A DNA stretch of 64,000 bases from Eledone cirrhosa (GCA_964016885.1 OZ024750.1:22010001-22074000); one strand, 5' to 3'. Positions 40,126 to 54,750 are shown, counted from the stretch's first letter. Notes: generated by a model not told the origin, from the letters alone. A program made the numbers and translations.

Positions 40126-42120
40126 TATATATATATATTATTTGTTTATTAGTTAAGTTATATTGCTCTAGAGCCTATAGATAGTCATAGCACCGACTGT
40201 CTATTGAGTTAATTTGCACTTTCCCTAATCAAATACCTTGCTTTGATGAATTAAAACTGCGCTGCTTATGTCCATGTACATCTGTCTACTACATATATAG
40301 GCACATATAAGGGATAAGGGCGATTCATTGATTGATCTTTTATTTTATTGATCTCCGAAAGCCTCGAATGACAGTGTGCCTGTCTGGTTAAATAATTTGT
40401 GGTATTTGTTCCTGCCCTCTGCACTCTGAGTTCTAATCGCCCTGAAGATCCCTTTTGGGGTTGATGAAATAAAGAACCAATCCATGGTGGTAGTGGGTCG
40501 GTGAAGTTGCTAAAACGTCGGATGCGATGCTTTTTTTTGTTGGTATCTGATCCGGTTTTCTGTGTTCTGGGTGTTCAAATCCTACCGATGGCCATGAGGC
40601 TAATCACCCGACCACGGGCCCACACAACTGATTATAAAAGCTGCAACGGACGGACGGAGAAGGGTTGTAACCGTCTGATACTGCAATCGAATGAGGATGG
40701 TGATGGTGGTGGTGGTGATTATGATGGCGTTGATGATGATGATGATGATGATGATGATAATGGTGATAGTGATGGTGATGATGATAATTGTGATGGTGAT
40801 GATGATGATGATGATAATGCTGATGGTGACGACGACGACAATGATTTGTGTATGTGTGTGTGTTTGTATATATGTGAATGTGTTTGTATGTATACGTGAT
40901 TGTGAATAATTATGTTTTTGTATGAGTGTGTTGTTGCTGTTGTTGTTGTTTAGCCAGAGGCAGTCCCTAATGGAACAAAAGCTTTCCAGCCATGACCATT
41001 CTAACAAGTTTTTTTGTTTTTTTTTTCATTTCAACCATTATGTATTTAAAACTCCAGATATGTTTGTCTTGTTTTTAAAATAATAATAAAAAAAGAAATT
41101 TAGAGTGCAGACATTTCCGATTGATTGAGAAGCTCGCTTTGTAATCATGGGGTCGCAGGTTCGGTCACAACTACCAGGCATTTTGGTCAATTGTCTTTTA
41201 CCATAACCACGGGTCGACCCAAGCATTGTGGATGAAATTGGGTAGACAGAAATTGTTTGGAAGCCTGCAAATGGACTGTACCTTTAATTTAAAGGTCCGG
41301 CCTTGTCGCACACTATAACACACTGAATCCTAACAATACGTATGTCTATAGAATATTCTATCATTTACACGTTAATTCAACGAGCGACTGGAATTCTCAT
41401 CGTTAAAACAGACGGAGAACCAGTCATCTTTAGATTTAACTCATAGCATCCTGTAATGAATTACATGAAATATATAAAAACAACTTTGTTAATTCAGAAG
41501 GTTTATTAGTTGATACATTGTTGTGAAAGTTTTTTTCATTTTTTTTTTCATTTTTTTTTTCATTTTTCATATGATGCGGTTTCGTGTGAAACGGGACGTT
41601 AAGGGTGAAAGGAAATTTGGCTGCTGTTTTTAGCAGTTCGGGCGACTGTTCCACGTGTAGAGAAGACCTCTAAGAGATTTTAGTGAGAATGAAAGAAATG
41701 GGCGTTACAGTAAGCGAAAATGTAGGTTGGGGTGTTATTGGCAGATAGGATAAGGCTCGAGGAAGTATGTTTCACTTATCAATGGGCGGTGACGTAAAGA
41801 TTTGCCGTGGGAATGCTGAATGCAGTTCTTTTTCTTTCTTTTTTTTTTTTACCAAGGACTAGCCAGCCACCCAGCCACCCAGCGACCCACTTAAACCATC
41901 CATCCAATCAGCTTTCTTGTCTGCCCGTCCGTCTGTCTGTCTCTCTGTGGGATTTGTCTTCTTGCCGGTTTGCCTGGCCTAGCCCTCCGTTCTGCCGATT
42001 CGAAACCTGGCTAGCGCCGGCTACAATTGCCGAACACACGAACACACTACCGGGGAATATAGAAAAGGAGAAAAAAATAATAATAACATAAAAAAAGATA
42101 TTTTTAAAAAATAGCTGAAA

Positions 42121-42673
42121 ATGTTGCGCAGGTCATTCTCTCTGTTCTTGCTTCTAGCCTCATTAGTTTTTGTTGTTGTCACATTATCGGAGACAGTATC
42201 TGCTGGAAATGGAAATCTTGATCTTAAACTGACAGCTGGTTTTAGCCAAGATGACCCAGACGCCACCGTTGATTCTTCGAAAGAAGAGGACGATAGTGAT
42301 GATGATGATGATGATGATGACAAAGAAGACGAAGAGGATAGTAGTGAAGAAGATAGTGACGATACAAGCGAAGACAAGTCATCAGAAGAGATAGATGGTC
42401 TCCAGCCATGCAAATTGGGCTACCTTCTCCGAAGACTGGATGTGGAGTGTCCGAAAATCCGCGATAATGAAATCAAAGGCCTGGAAGAAGCCCTCGAAGG
42501 TATTGCCAACAATATGAAAGCCATTGATGATATAATTAAACAAGAAGAAGAACATCAAAGCTTGAAAGAAAACCTTTCTCAAATCTGGAGTGACTTCCGA
42601 GGACCTTCTATATCAGTCGCACCTGATGCTACTTACCTGGATGTCAAAAATATAACCGTATCTGAAGTCGAAG
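42121..42673 (+). CDS. secreted-protein first exon V2 (signal peptide, D/E/S tract, two Cys, coiled coil); putative alternative N-terminus
   Basis: Signal peptide MLRRSFSLFLLLASLVFVVVTLSETVSA, then an acidic tract, PCKLGYLLRRLDVECPK and heptads IKGLEEALEGIANNMKAIDDIIK. Donor AAG|GTGGGT after 184 codons plus 1 nt. Confidence 0.8.
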
Positions 42674-44849
42674 GTGGGTGGTGTGTGTTTTTGTTTGTTT
42701 GTTTGTTTTTATATTCCATTGTTAAGAGAATTAACAGGTGTTAGTTTCGACTCTCTGCGCTCGAAGTTCTAATCTGCATTCAAAAGTTTATTTTTGTTTT
42801 AACTTTCGAGGTTGATAAAAGTTGGCGGAAATGTTAGAGCGTCAGACAAAATGCCTTGTGGTAAATAAAGTAACAGTTCAATCCTGGGGCTGATTCTCTC
42901 TTTCTTTCTTTTACCTTCTAAGGGAGAAATGCTCTATGTTTCTACCTGGAGAGGGACGGGTTCCGCCAAGTTTAATAATGCTCAAAACATTTCGTACGCA
43001 ACGGAGCTGCATACTTAATCCCACCAGGAGTTAAGTATCCATGGAAAAGTAGACATACACAAACATATACAGAGGGATAAACACATGCGTACATACATCT
43101 ATGTACTTACGTACGTACATACATACATACATGCATGCATACATACATACATACATACATACATACATACATACATACATACATACATACATACATGCAT
43201 GCATGCATGCATACATACATACATACATACATACATACATACATACATACATACATACATACATACATACACGCCTACACACATTCCGGTGCATTAGCAG
43301 AATCTTTCGAGTGTCGATATTTAGATACGAACCTTTACGTTCTGAGTTCAAATTCCACTGAGATCAACTTTGCCTTTCATTCTTCTGGACGGCCAGGGAT
43401 CTTAGAGAAATAAAATACCTGTAAAGTACTTGGGTCCACTTAATATTCCTAGAATACACTCTAGTTCTGAATGAAATTAGAATAGAAGATGCAGCCAAGC
43501 GAGCCAGCACTTCCCTCATTCATAATCTCCAACACACACACAGACACACACACACGAATGTAATGTAACATTTCAATATCTTTGCTATTGTTATTATTGC
43601 TGTTTAACTTTTCCTTTGCGTTGCTATATCCTTCTATAACACACTGCATTCTTCGTATATATATCTATGTACATACGTATTTATAAGTTCTTGTATTTAT
43701 GTATGTGTGAGTGTATCTGTATTTATGTAACTATGTTCATATGTTCTGTATGTGTGAGAGAAGAGAGATTATTTTATTTCTTCCTTCTATCTATATACTA
43801 CTAAAACTCTGTGATTGTGTGCTTGTCTGTAATTTATTACAACTAAAACGGCGCATAATGGGAAAATACTTTAAAAGGAAGTTGCCCCTGAAATGGGGAT
43901 ACAAATGGGAATAATACAAGTTTCGCGTAAATCGAGCACGGGTTCCTGAGATATGGGGTTTTCCAGGTACCTTCATAAATAGAGAGAAAGAGATAGTGGT
44001 TGTGAGAGAGTAGATTGAAAGAAAGATATGTCTGTGTATATTTTAATTATTTAAACATTATTTTTAAGAGAACATGATTTTTTTAAAATCATTTTTAGGT
44101 GAACGTGATCCAACGGGTCACCGGTGGTCTAGTGTTTTATATTTCCTAACAAATATTACATAAATTCATCCTGTATCTAAGTATTATTTATATCAAGTAT
44201 TATGTATATAGCGTAATGCACTGGTGGGATAATTGCTGGCCTTGTGCCAAAAGTAGAAACAACTATGTATATAGCGTAGCTTTTATATAGCGCATTCTGT
44301 TTATCATTTATTCTGTATATAAAGTAGTTAGTATATAGTGCTACATATATATATATATTTAAACAGTATGCGACTATTTGTCTGAGTCGTTATAGCGTCG
44401 GATAGAATGCTTTGCCGCATTTGTTTCGGCTCTCCACTCTCTGAGGTCAAATCCCTCCGAGGTCAACTTTTTCCTTTTATCCATTCAAAGTCGATAAAAG
44501 AAAGTACCAGTCTAGTAATGGGGTCGATTCTTCCTCTATATCTCTTTCTCACTTCCACTCTCTCTCTCTGGAAGAAATCTGCTGTACTCAGACCTGAAGA
44601 GGAGATGGGCTCCGCCAGTTTTTAAAAATGCCCTAGAAACGCCGTATGTCAATGCGGTGCTCTTACGACCCCTTCAAGAGTTACGGGACCTTGCATGCGT
44701 ATGTAAATAGTAGCGTGACTAAGAAGGGCGAAACGGGAACAGGTCACATCAATCGAGTAGAAGTGGAAGGGGTCCAAATTCAAGGACCACTTCGGGTAAC
44801 ACAAACTTTAGAATACACTACTAAATATAAAGTATTCATAATATGGATA

Positions 44850-45165
44850 TAGAATACTCAGGATATTAAGTAGTGTGGATATAAAGTAGTATAGATATAA
44901 AGTAGTGTCGATATTAAGTAGTGCGGATATTAAGTAGTGTAGATATAAAGTAGTATGGATATAGAGTAGTGTGGATATTAAGTAGTGCGGATATTAAGTA
45001 GTGTAGATATAAAGTAGTATGGATATAAAGTAGTGTGGATATAAAGTACTCTGGATATAAAGTACTCTGGATATTAAATAGTGTGGGTATAGATTACATT
45101 GTATATCATATATGTTGATATTAGTGTGGATATAAAGTACTATTGACATAAAGTATTCTGGATAC
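44850..45165. repeat. 16-17-bp minisatellite (ggatataaagtagtgt)
   Basis: More than 15 degenerate tandem copies are visible. Confidence 0.8.
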
Positions 45166-45318
45166 CAGCAACTATTTTGAGGGGTTTGGGGGGGTTTTTT
45201 TTTCCTTTTGTATTTTTGTTGTCTTTGAGTTTTTTAATCTCTCCCTCTAAGTTGTATATGTGTGTATGTATGTATATATGTATGTATGTATGTATATGTG
45301 TGTGTGTGTGTGTATGTA

Positions 45319-45356
<38 letters not shown>

Positions 45357-45787
45357 TATGTGTGTATGTATGTATGTATGTATGTATGTGAGTGTATGTA
45401 TGTATGTATGTATGTATGTATGTATGTATGTATGTATGTATGTATGTATGTATGTATGTATTCTGGAAGGATGTGGGGGACTGTTGGTTCTTCCTTCTAC
45501 TAGTTGATGTATGTCTTTCGGTTTTCTGCAACATGGAAAATATTTGAGCTCCGCCCTCTTCATTTCCCGCGACTGCGTTTCCACGTAGTTCATACATTAC
45601 GTATTCATAAGGGGGCGTGGTATTTTTCTCCTTCTGCTGCTATCGTTAGATATTAGAACTGTATGGTAGTGTTATTAAGAGGGGCGTGGTCTTTTTTTCG
45701 CTTTTGCTGCTATTGCCAGACAGTCAGTACCGGTGGATATTAGGACTGTATGGTGGTGTGGTGGTCGGTGGTGGAACTTGAAAGGCA

Positions 45788-47789
45788 ATGTCTGTGATAG
45801 AGATGCGTTTCGGCGGTTTTATTTTTTGGCAACTTGTTTGCGTTGCCCTGATTCTTTTAACAAACCCTAAACTTAGTTATTCGGAAGACCCGGAGGCTAC
45901 CTTGGAAACTATAGTTATCCCTGGTCCCATAGAGACAGTTGATTCAAATGTGGGCGCAGAAAATATAGTGCCCTCGCCGCAGCCAAACAGCGATCTTGGA
46001 GAGGCAGAATCTGTTGTCGAAAAAGAAATAGCTGAAGAATTGAAAGCGGCAGAAGAAGAAGCAGATGAATTTGTGAAAGAGGTAGAAGAAACAGAGAAGG
46101 AAGTAGTAGAAGAACCTGAAGAACCTGAAGTAGAGAAAGTGGTGAAAGAATTATTAGAAGAAGCTGAGGAGGCTGAAGAAGCAGAAGAAGTAGAAGTAGA
46201 GGAAGAAACTGAAGAAGAAATAGAAGAAGAAAAACCAGAAATAGAAGAAGAGGTGAAAGAAGTAGAGGAAGAAACTGCAGAAGAAGAAGAAGAAGAAGAA
46301 GAAGAAGAAGAAGAAGAAGAGGTGAAAGAGTTAGTAGAAGAAGCTAAAGTTGAAGTAGATGAAGAAAAACCAGAAGAGAAAGAGGTGAAAGAGTTAGTAG
46401 AAGAAGCTAAAGTTGAAGTAGATGAAGAGAAAGAGGTGAAAGAGTTAGTAGAAGAAGCTAAAGTTGAACTAGATGAAGAAAAACCAGAAGAGAAAGAGGT
46501 GAAAGAGTTAGTAGAAGAAGCTAAAGTTGAAGTAGATGAAGAAAAACCAGAAGAGAAAGAGGTGAAAGAGTTAGTAGAAGAAGCTAAAGTTGAAGTAGAT
46601 GAAGAAAAACCAGAAGAAGAGAAAGAGGTGAAAGAGTTAGTAGAAGAAGCTAAAGTTGAAGTAGATGAAGAAAAACCAGAAGAGAAAGAGGTGAAAGAGT
46701 TAGTAGAAGAAGCTAAAGTTGAAGTAGATGAAGAAACACCAGAAGAAGAGAAAGAGGTGAAAGAGTTAGTAGAAGAAGCTAAAGTTGAAGTAGATGAAGA
46801 AAAACCAGAAGAGAAAGAGGTGAAAGAATTAGTAGAAGAAGCTAAAGTTGAAGTAGATGAAGAAGCTGAAGAAAAGGAGGCTGAAGAAGTAGAAGAAGCA
46901 AAAGAGACAGATGAAGAAGAAAAGGAAGCTGAAGAAGTGCAGCCAACAGATGGACCAGATAACTATGTTAGTAAACCGATAGATACGGAATTAATACCTG
47001 ACCCAGAACCGGAATCTGATGATCCGGCAACAAAGATAACGGATGTGGTTGACCCACCAGCTGCTCTTCCGGAGAATGAGGCTGACTTAACGACAGTCAA
47101 ACCAGCACCGGTCACTGATGCTCCGAAGAAAGTCACGAAAAGTCCCAAGAAACCTAAGAAGCCCAAGAAGCCCAAGAAGCCCAAGAAACCCAAAAAGGGC
47201 CCAAAGAAACCCAAAAGAGGTAAGAAAGCGAAGGTAACTACAGATGCTCCGAAAGTCGTAGTTACGGAACCGCCAAAGATTGTCACTCAACCGCCGGAAG
47301 TAGTTACTCAACCACCAAAAGTTGTCACTCCACCGCCGAAAGTTGTCACTCAGCCCCCAAAGATAGTTACGGAACCACCGAAAGTTGTCACTCAGCCCCC
47401 AAAGATTGTTACGGAACCACCGAAAGTTGTCACTCAGCCCCCAAAGATAGTTACGGAACCACCGAAAATAATTACTCCAGCTCCGACGAAAGCTCCCGTG
47501 CAACCAAAACCCAAACCAGAAGTCAAAGAAGAACCTTGTGTTGACGTGTTTACCGTTGGTGAGAAGCGCTATCAATGTAAGGGTTACTGGAAGCGAGGGC
47601 TAACTATTCTTGGACTGCAGATTGCCAAACTAAAGAAAGAAAACCAAGCGCTTTTCCTGAAAGTGATCGATGCCAATGGTAAAATTAAATTGGCTCAAGA
47701 ATCAATCGCTGAACACAAAAACAGTTTTCATGCTCTGAAGAAAAAATTCGCTTGGCCAGCCAAAAACAATCTGGATGATACTCACAAAG
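45788..47789 (+). CDS. secreted-protein first exon V3 (signal peptide, Glu-rich repeats, KKP tract, VTQPPK repeats, two Cys, coiled coil); N-terminus of a fibrinogen-related protein
   Basis: 667 open codons with a hydrophobic leader FIFWQLVCVALILL (start may be Met 45803). Nine ~21-aa E-rich repeats, ten 7-aa T/P repeats, heptads LGLQIAKLKKENQALFLKVIDANGKIKLA, and a phase-1 donor AAG|GTAAGA. Confidence 0.88.
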
Positions 47790-48532
47790 GTAAGAGTGTT
47801 TTCATTAATTTCGGCTATTATCCTCTCGTAACCATGTTTCCAATGAAATACACTGCCTATAGTTTTCAAATATGTTTGAAAATAATTACGAAGCTGAAGG
47901 GATTTAGTAATATAATCAACTTTCTCGTTACGTTGCTGTTTGGAGCATAACTTAACAAAACTTCTTACATAAGTACATTACTGGTACTTTATTTTATCGA
48001 CCCCGTAAGGATGAAAGGCAAAGTTAACCTCGGCGGGATTTGAACTCTTACATAAAATGATAATGTAACGTTTTCAGATAAATATAAACACTGTCTATGA
48101 TTTTCGAAAAGTTTTAAATAATTAAGCATCATTTGAAGAGATTTACTAATAAAACTAACTTTCTTATGAACACTTTCATTACCGTATATCTGATGAAAGA
48201 GGTCCTATGATTTTCAATTAATTTTGACAATAATTAAAAATTTGAAGGGATCTCATTAAGGTGGTGTTTAGAGCATAATTTAACAGAAGTTCTTACATAA
48301 AATTATAATGGAACGTTTTTAGATAAATATAATGTAAGACACTGCCGATAATTTTGGAATGAGTGCTTAAATAATTAAGAATTTCAAACGGGTTTAATAG
48401 TATAACTAACTTTCTCAGTACCAAGTCGGCGTCTGGAACATAAAGGTTTCTTAGATAAAATTATGATGGAAACTTTTTATATAAATGTCAACTATAAAAC
48501 AAACTGTTTTTACTGTAGAACCAGCAGCGGTT

Positions 48533-49145
<613 letters not shown>

Positions 49146-50009
49146 TGGCTGCTATTGTTGTTCGTGCTGCCTATTGATGGTGGCGCTGTTGTTGATGCCA
49201 GTGATGGAAATAGGACGTGGAGGAGGAAAAGGAGGAGGAGGAGGAGGTGGTGTAACCCCTAAATTTGAGTTTACAGGGAGGGGAGGGAGAGAGGCGAGAG
49301 ACCCTATAATATCTACCTCCCCCTCTTCTCAAACTTAGCTTCATCTTTAGCTTACCCTAAAATCTCTCATTTCCATCACTGTTTGTTGTTATCGGCGTTG
49401 TTGTTGTTGTTGTTGTTATTGTTGTTAGTGGCGGTGGAGGTGGTGGTGGTGCGTGTGAGTATGTGTGTATGTACACACATGCGTATGCATGTTTATTTTA
49501 AAATGCAAAGTAAGCATGTAGTATACATCTTTCTTTTTCATTATCATACTCCCTTTCACTCTTGTTGTACGTCCTTCACTTCCCTCTTTTTCTTGTCTTT
49601 ATTCACCCACACTGTCTTTTTCTCTCATTTTCTTTCTGAGCCCCTCGAAACATTCTATACTTCTCTTACTAACAAAGAGTTCATTCATGGAATTTTTTTT
49701 TCATTTTTTTTTCTTTTTTTTTTCTTTTTTTTTTCTTTTTTTTTTCTTCTTGTAATCTGTCAACTGTGGATGTAAATAGAAACGATATTCCTTTACTTGT
49801 TTCACTCATTAGACTGCGGCCATTATTCGGCACCATCATGATTTAGTCAATTAAATTGACCCTATTAGTAATGGGGAATAAACACAGACACGGATATAAA
49901 CCTAAACATAGAAACACATGCCCGTACATACATATATGCATATATGCACACACACACACACACACATATATACAAGCATACATACATACCCCCCACCCCC
50001 CCACACACC

Positions 50010-50041
<32 letters not shown>

Positions 50042-50095
50042 ATAAGTAATATGAATATAACAACTTCACAGTTAAAGGACTAACATTTATTATGT

Positions 50096-50209
50096 AATTT
50101 ACACGTGTTTCGCCAATCTACAGGTAAACAAAATCTAGAAATGCTAGTCCAATAGGATTTATTTGAAAATTCAATATCAAATATTTTGGTAAATCGACTC
50201 TTCAGAATT
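50096..50209 (-). ncRNA. type I hammerhead ribozyme motif with extended stem II (Penelope-type)
   Basis: Minus strand reads aatt-CTGAAGA-gtcgatttac...gtagattggc-GAAAC-ACGT-GTA-aatt: a 10-bp stem II with G-U pairs, a palindromic loop III and a GUA triplet. Confidence 0.6.
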
Positions 50210-50372
50210 CAACAATGTTTACATTTATGTCTATAATACATACATATGTATAATAATACATATATATACACAGAGATTGACAGGGCATGTCATCATGTAG
50301 ATATTAGATTGTATACATAGCAGTTGTATTGAAATGTACTGTTTGTTACAGTTTGGTGGAGAAACCGAATAT

Positions 50373-50483
<111 letters not shown>

Positions 50484-51205
50484 GGAGAGAGAGAGGGGGG
50501 GTGAGGGTAGATAGATAGACAAATAGACAATACCGTTGATAGAAACGGTTCATTCCTGGTATGAATCAAGACATTTGAGGCATGTTTTTACCCGTTTTTT
50601 CTTTGTTTTTTATTTTGTCTTACATTTGTTTTCCATGAATTCAACATAAAATTTTAGGGAATTTTTCACAGGCGGACAAAAAATTTGTACAGTTAATACA
50701 ATATAGATGTTTCTCTTAGATTGTCTAACCTCTAACCTTTCTGCGAATATATAAATGTTTACTGAATCTTTCCAGTTCATATCGAAGCTATGTCTAGAAG
50801 TGGTTTTAAAGAGAACATATGATATACTGAATACACACCAAGAACACTAAAAGTAAGAAAAGAAATATTAAGAGGTATAACACTCCATTAAACATAACTA
50901 TAGCAATCCCAGTAGCTATTTTTTTTTTATTTATTTCTACTTACTCAAACAAGACTTCCCTTACAACATAAGTATTAAAACATTTTTAACAAGAATACTA
51001 TTAAAATACCTTACTCTGCTACACACTACTTTGCCTAAACTTTAGCTTTCCCCAATTTTTTAAACTGAATTTACTCCGTAATAGTTAACCTCCTCTCGAT
51101 GGTCATGTTGGTGTTGGTGCTGCTGATTTTGGTGGTGATGGAAGCATGGCTGTTAATGTGTACACATCAATGTTATTTGTTTATTCTGATGAATCATTAA
51201 ACGGA

Positions 51206-51318
<113 letters not shown>

Positions 51319-51344
51319 GACTGATAAAATGACACGTCAGTCAA

Positions 51345-51650
51345 TCATATTGATGGCCTCCCCACAGCCCCGGCGGACAGAATGGAGAAGGGGTTTCCCC
51401 GGAGGATGGCAAGGGAGACACGCTGGAAGAGCCACTCCAACTCGCGAGGCTCACACCTGCAGCTGGCCAGCTCAGCGCCTATGGTGGTGAGTAGGGAGGT
51501 AGCCCTAGGGCCGAGGACAGCAGAAGTCTCCACTGCCAAGGGTACGACCACAAATCTGTCGGAGAGCAACCGATATTTGGAGAGTTTGGCCTCCTCGGAC
51601 TGACATGCAGCAGAACCTGGGTTAGTTGCAGACTGCACCAGGTTGCGGAA
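51345..51650 (-). mobile_element. CRE-clade 3' fragment next to a long (GT)n
   Basis: EEAKLSKYRLLSDRFVVVPLAVETSAVLGP..WLFQRVSLAILRGNPFSIL. Confidence 0.75.
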
Positions 51651-51818
51651 CTATGTTAATCCTAATATGTTTTCTCTGTCTAGCTAATGATGTAGTTTAC
51701 CAATACATTATACAAACTAATAATCTTTCTAAGGTGTAAATTAGGGATAATCTCTAATCCTTTTAAATCTCACCTCATTAGTCATATTCACACATTTAGA
51801 AATTCCAACCAAAATAAT

Positions 51819-51997
51819 TGTTTCTACTTTTGGTACAAGGCCAGCAATTATCCAGTAGATTACTGGTACTTTATTTTATCGACCCCGTAAGGATGAAAGG
51901 CAAAGTTAACCTCGGCGGGATTTGAACTCAGAATGGCAAGGGCCGTAACTCTATACGTCAAAGCATGGCGTCCGACCCTCTACCGATACTGCCAATT
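51819..51997 (-). mobile_element. young tRNA-derived SINE with 13-bp TSD
   Basis: TSD CAACCAAAATAAT at 51806-51818 and 51998-52010. Nearly identical to 56556-56747. Confidence 0.85.
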
Positions 51998-52959
51998 CAA
52001 CCAAAATAATGAAATTTCATCTGGGAACTAAAAAATACAAACCTAACTTATAACGGAAATGTTTATACTAACCTACGTTCTACACAGTAAACAAGAAAGA
52101 ATTCAACTTCTGCGCCTCTGGAAGTACTGGTACTTTATTTATCGACCTCGAAAGGATGCACGGCAAAGTTGTCGTCAGAGTGATTTGAAATCAGAGCGCT
52201 GAAAGCTGGTACGAACACCGCCAATTCGCCGCTCTATGCCTTATTATTTGCCTAGCTCATAATATACTCATTTTCTCTTGCCCTAATTTACTCAATTATC
52301 TATTTCCTGTTTGGTTAACTATTTCAGATTTATTCTATATATACATTTTTACAGACATTCTAAATTTCTACCTCTGGCAGTTTATATATACTTCTTTAAT
52401 TATATCATCTAGTTTATATCATTTTATAATATATTCTATATTTAAACCTATTTTGTTATATATATATATATGTATATACATATATATATATATATATATT
52501 ATATGTGTGTGTGTGTGTTTTATATATCTTCTGACCGATCTTTATTGTCTTTTCCTGTTTTATCTTACTTTAAACCATTTTAAAATTTACTACTTACACA
52601 AACCTTTACCAGTTCGTCTGCGAAGATTCTCTTCTTCATTTTTTAAGATTTAGTCAATTATCCCCCTTACCAAACTCTCTGATGTAAACAACACTTGAGG
52701 TTAGAATAAAATGTTATATTCAACATTATGTACTATATTATTATTTAGCTAAATAAGAATTCTATCACTACTTCCTTTTTACCAAGCATTTGATTTATTT
52801 TAATCTAATTATTAACTGCAATAAGCTCCCATACATCTAGACACTCATAATGATCTCACTAAAAAGTTTCTTGTATTTTCATCTTTAAATGCCTCTAACC
52901 CAGTGTTATTTTAAACATCTTGGTTCTTGCATCACTAATTTATTTAGTTTATATGAAGC

Positions 52960-53225
52960 ATGCGAGAGGTTGTGGTTGTTTTGGGAAAGCTTCTTCTTGT
53001 GATACTAAAGTCCGTCAGTTGCAGACTGCACATCAACATGTGATATCTCTCTCCACAAAGTTCGATCATCAGCAGCAGAGTTGAAAGAGCAAAGATCAAG
53101 TCCAGTTCATAAGTTGACATTGTCAAGCCATCGTTTTGGTTGCCGGCTTTTGCCAACCTTCTTTCCAGGCATAACCTATTCACACCACGAGTTGATCTTT
53201 TCATATGGCTGACAATTGATGTAAT
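52960..53225 (-). mobile_element. decayed RTE-type LINE 3' fragment
   Basis: Frameshifted terminal motif GKxxxKSRQPKRWLDNV. Confidence 0.4.
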
Positions 53226-54347
53226 AATAAAGAAAGGAGTGCGGGACTGCATCCAGAATATTTTTTTTTTATCTCGTTTGTAAAATAAGTTGGATTACTT
53301 TGAATAAATAATGAATGAATATTACATAATTTATCTACTAAATTTCGTAATTCTTGATTAAATATAAATAATTTTGTTGCTTATTTTAAGATTCACTTCT
53401 TTATAATTTTCACATTTCAACACTTCCGGTTAGCGATCGCTTATATAAACATTCATATATTTCCGTAACTAATTTTTTCCCTAATACAGTTTATATATAA
53501 TATCGTCTTTTTTTAATGTATCATGGATTACTTTACTGATTACATATGAGAGTGTAACGCAGACTTCGTTCAATTTCTGTGTATATTGTCAATTACGATT
53601 TCATTTGATGTATCATATCTATATGTATATATACTTGCGTATAATATCAATATGCACACTACGCATGCTAGCAGAAAACCACCCGAAGGGTGGTTTTTCT
53701 GCTAGTTGATGTAATTGTTCTACGTCTGGTAATGTTGAGCAGTTCACTGATACAGATACGGTCGCTGAGCCGCTTGCCAGTCATAAGTCTCATGATGGGA
53801 AAGCTAGTGCAATATAAATTAGAAAAACAAGAGTAGAGTAATGCTAGCAAAACAAAACAAATCAACAGTTTACACTTTTACCTTACATTTCGCGATATTT
53901 CGAGGATATGACCCCTTTTTCAAAAGAAAGGAAGTGGGGAGTAATGTTGACGACGAACCGTAGAGCACCGTTTTCCCAAAATAATCACAACAAATCTATT
54001 TATTTATTCATATTAGGTTTTCTTCCGGCACTTTTGTTATATCTTTATACAATACTAAATATATATACTAAATTTAGTTTCCAATTTCCCTATTTCACCA
54101 AAATATTTAACTGCCTTCAGTCTAGAAATAAAGTTATCCCCCCTCTATCAGTAACTAGGACACTTCCACAAATCGTTTTTCAATTAAATTTACCCAATTC
54201 GGTGCCTCCATGACAACATATACTAACAGATAGTTATCTTTCAAGTTCACCTTCATCTTTTTAACATATAAATGTTTTATTTTATCTTCACCCTCACCAT
54301 AAATAGAATGGAACCGTTTTCTATAAATCTTTCGTTCCATCTACACA

Positions 54348-54441
<94 letters not shown>

Positions 54442-54534
54442 CGCAAGTTGGTAATTCCGTATCTTCTTTTGAAAAATTCCACCTAGAATGAAAGTTGACA
54501 ATCCGGTAACAATCATATATATATATATATATAC

Positions 54535-54579
<45 letters not shown>

Positions 54580-54629
54580 TGTCTGTGTGTGTATCTGTGT
54601 GTGTGTGTTTATGTGTGTATGTGTGTGTT

Positions 54630-54690
<61 letters not shown>

Positions 54691-54750
54691 ATGTAAAAGT
54701 ATATATGAATGCTACTGGATTGTGAACTGTTATATATACATATGTATATA

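Noticed and set aside
40501-40899. Asp-rich ORF between V1 and V2 as a possible fourth variable exon
   Set aside because: GTG start, no signal peptide and no coiled coil; it is built from SINE debris and a (GAT/GGT)n microsatellite.
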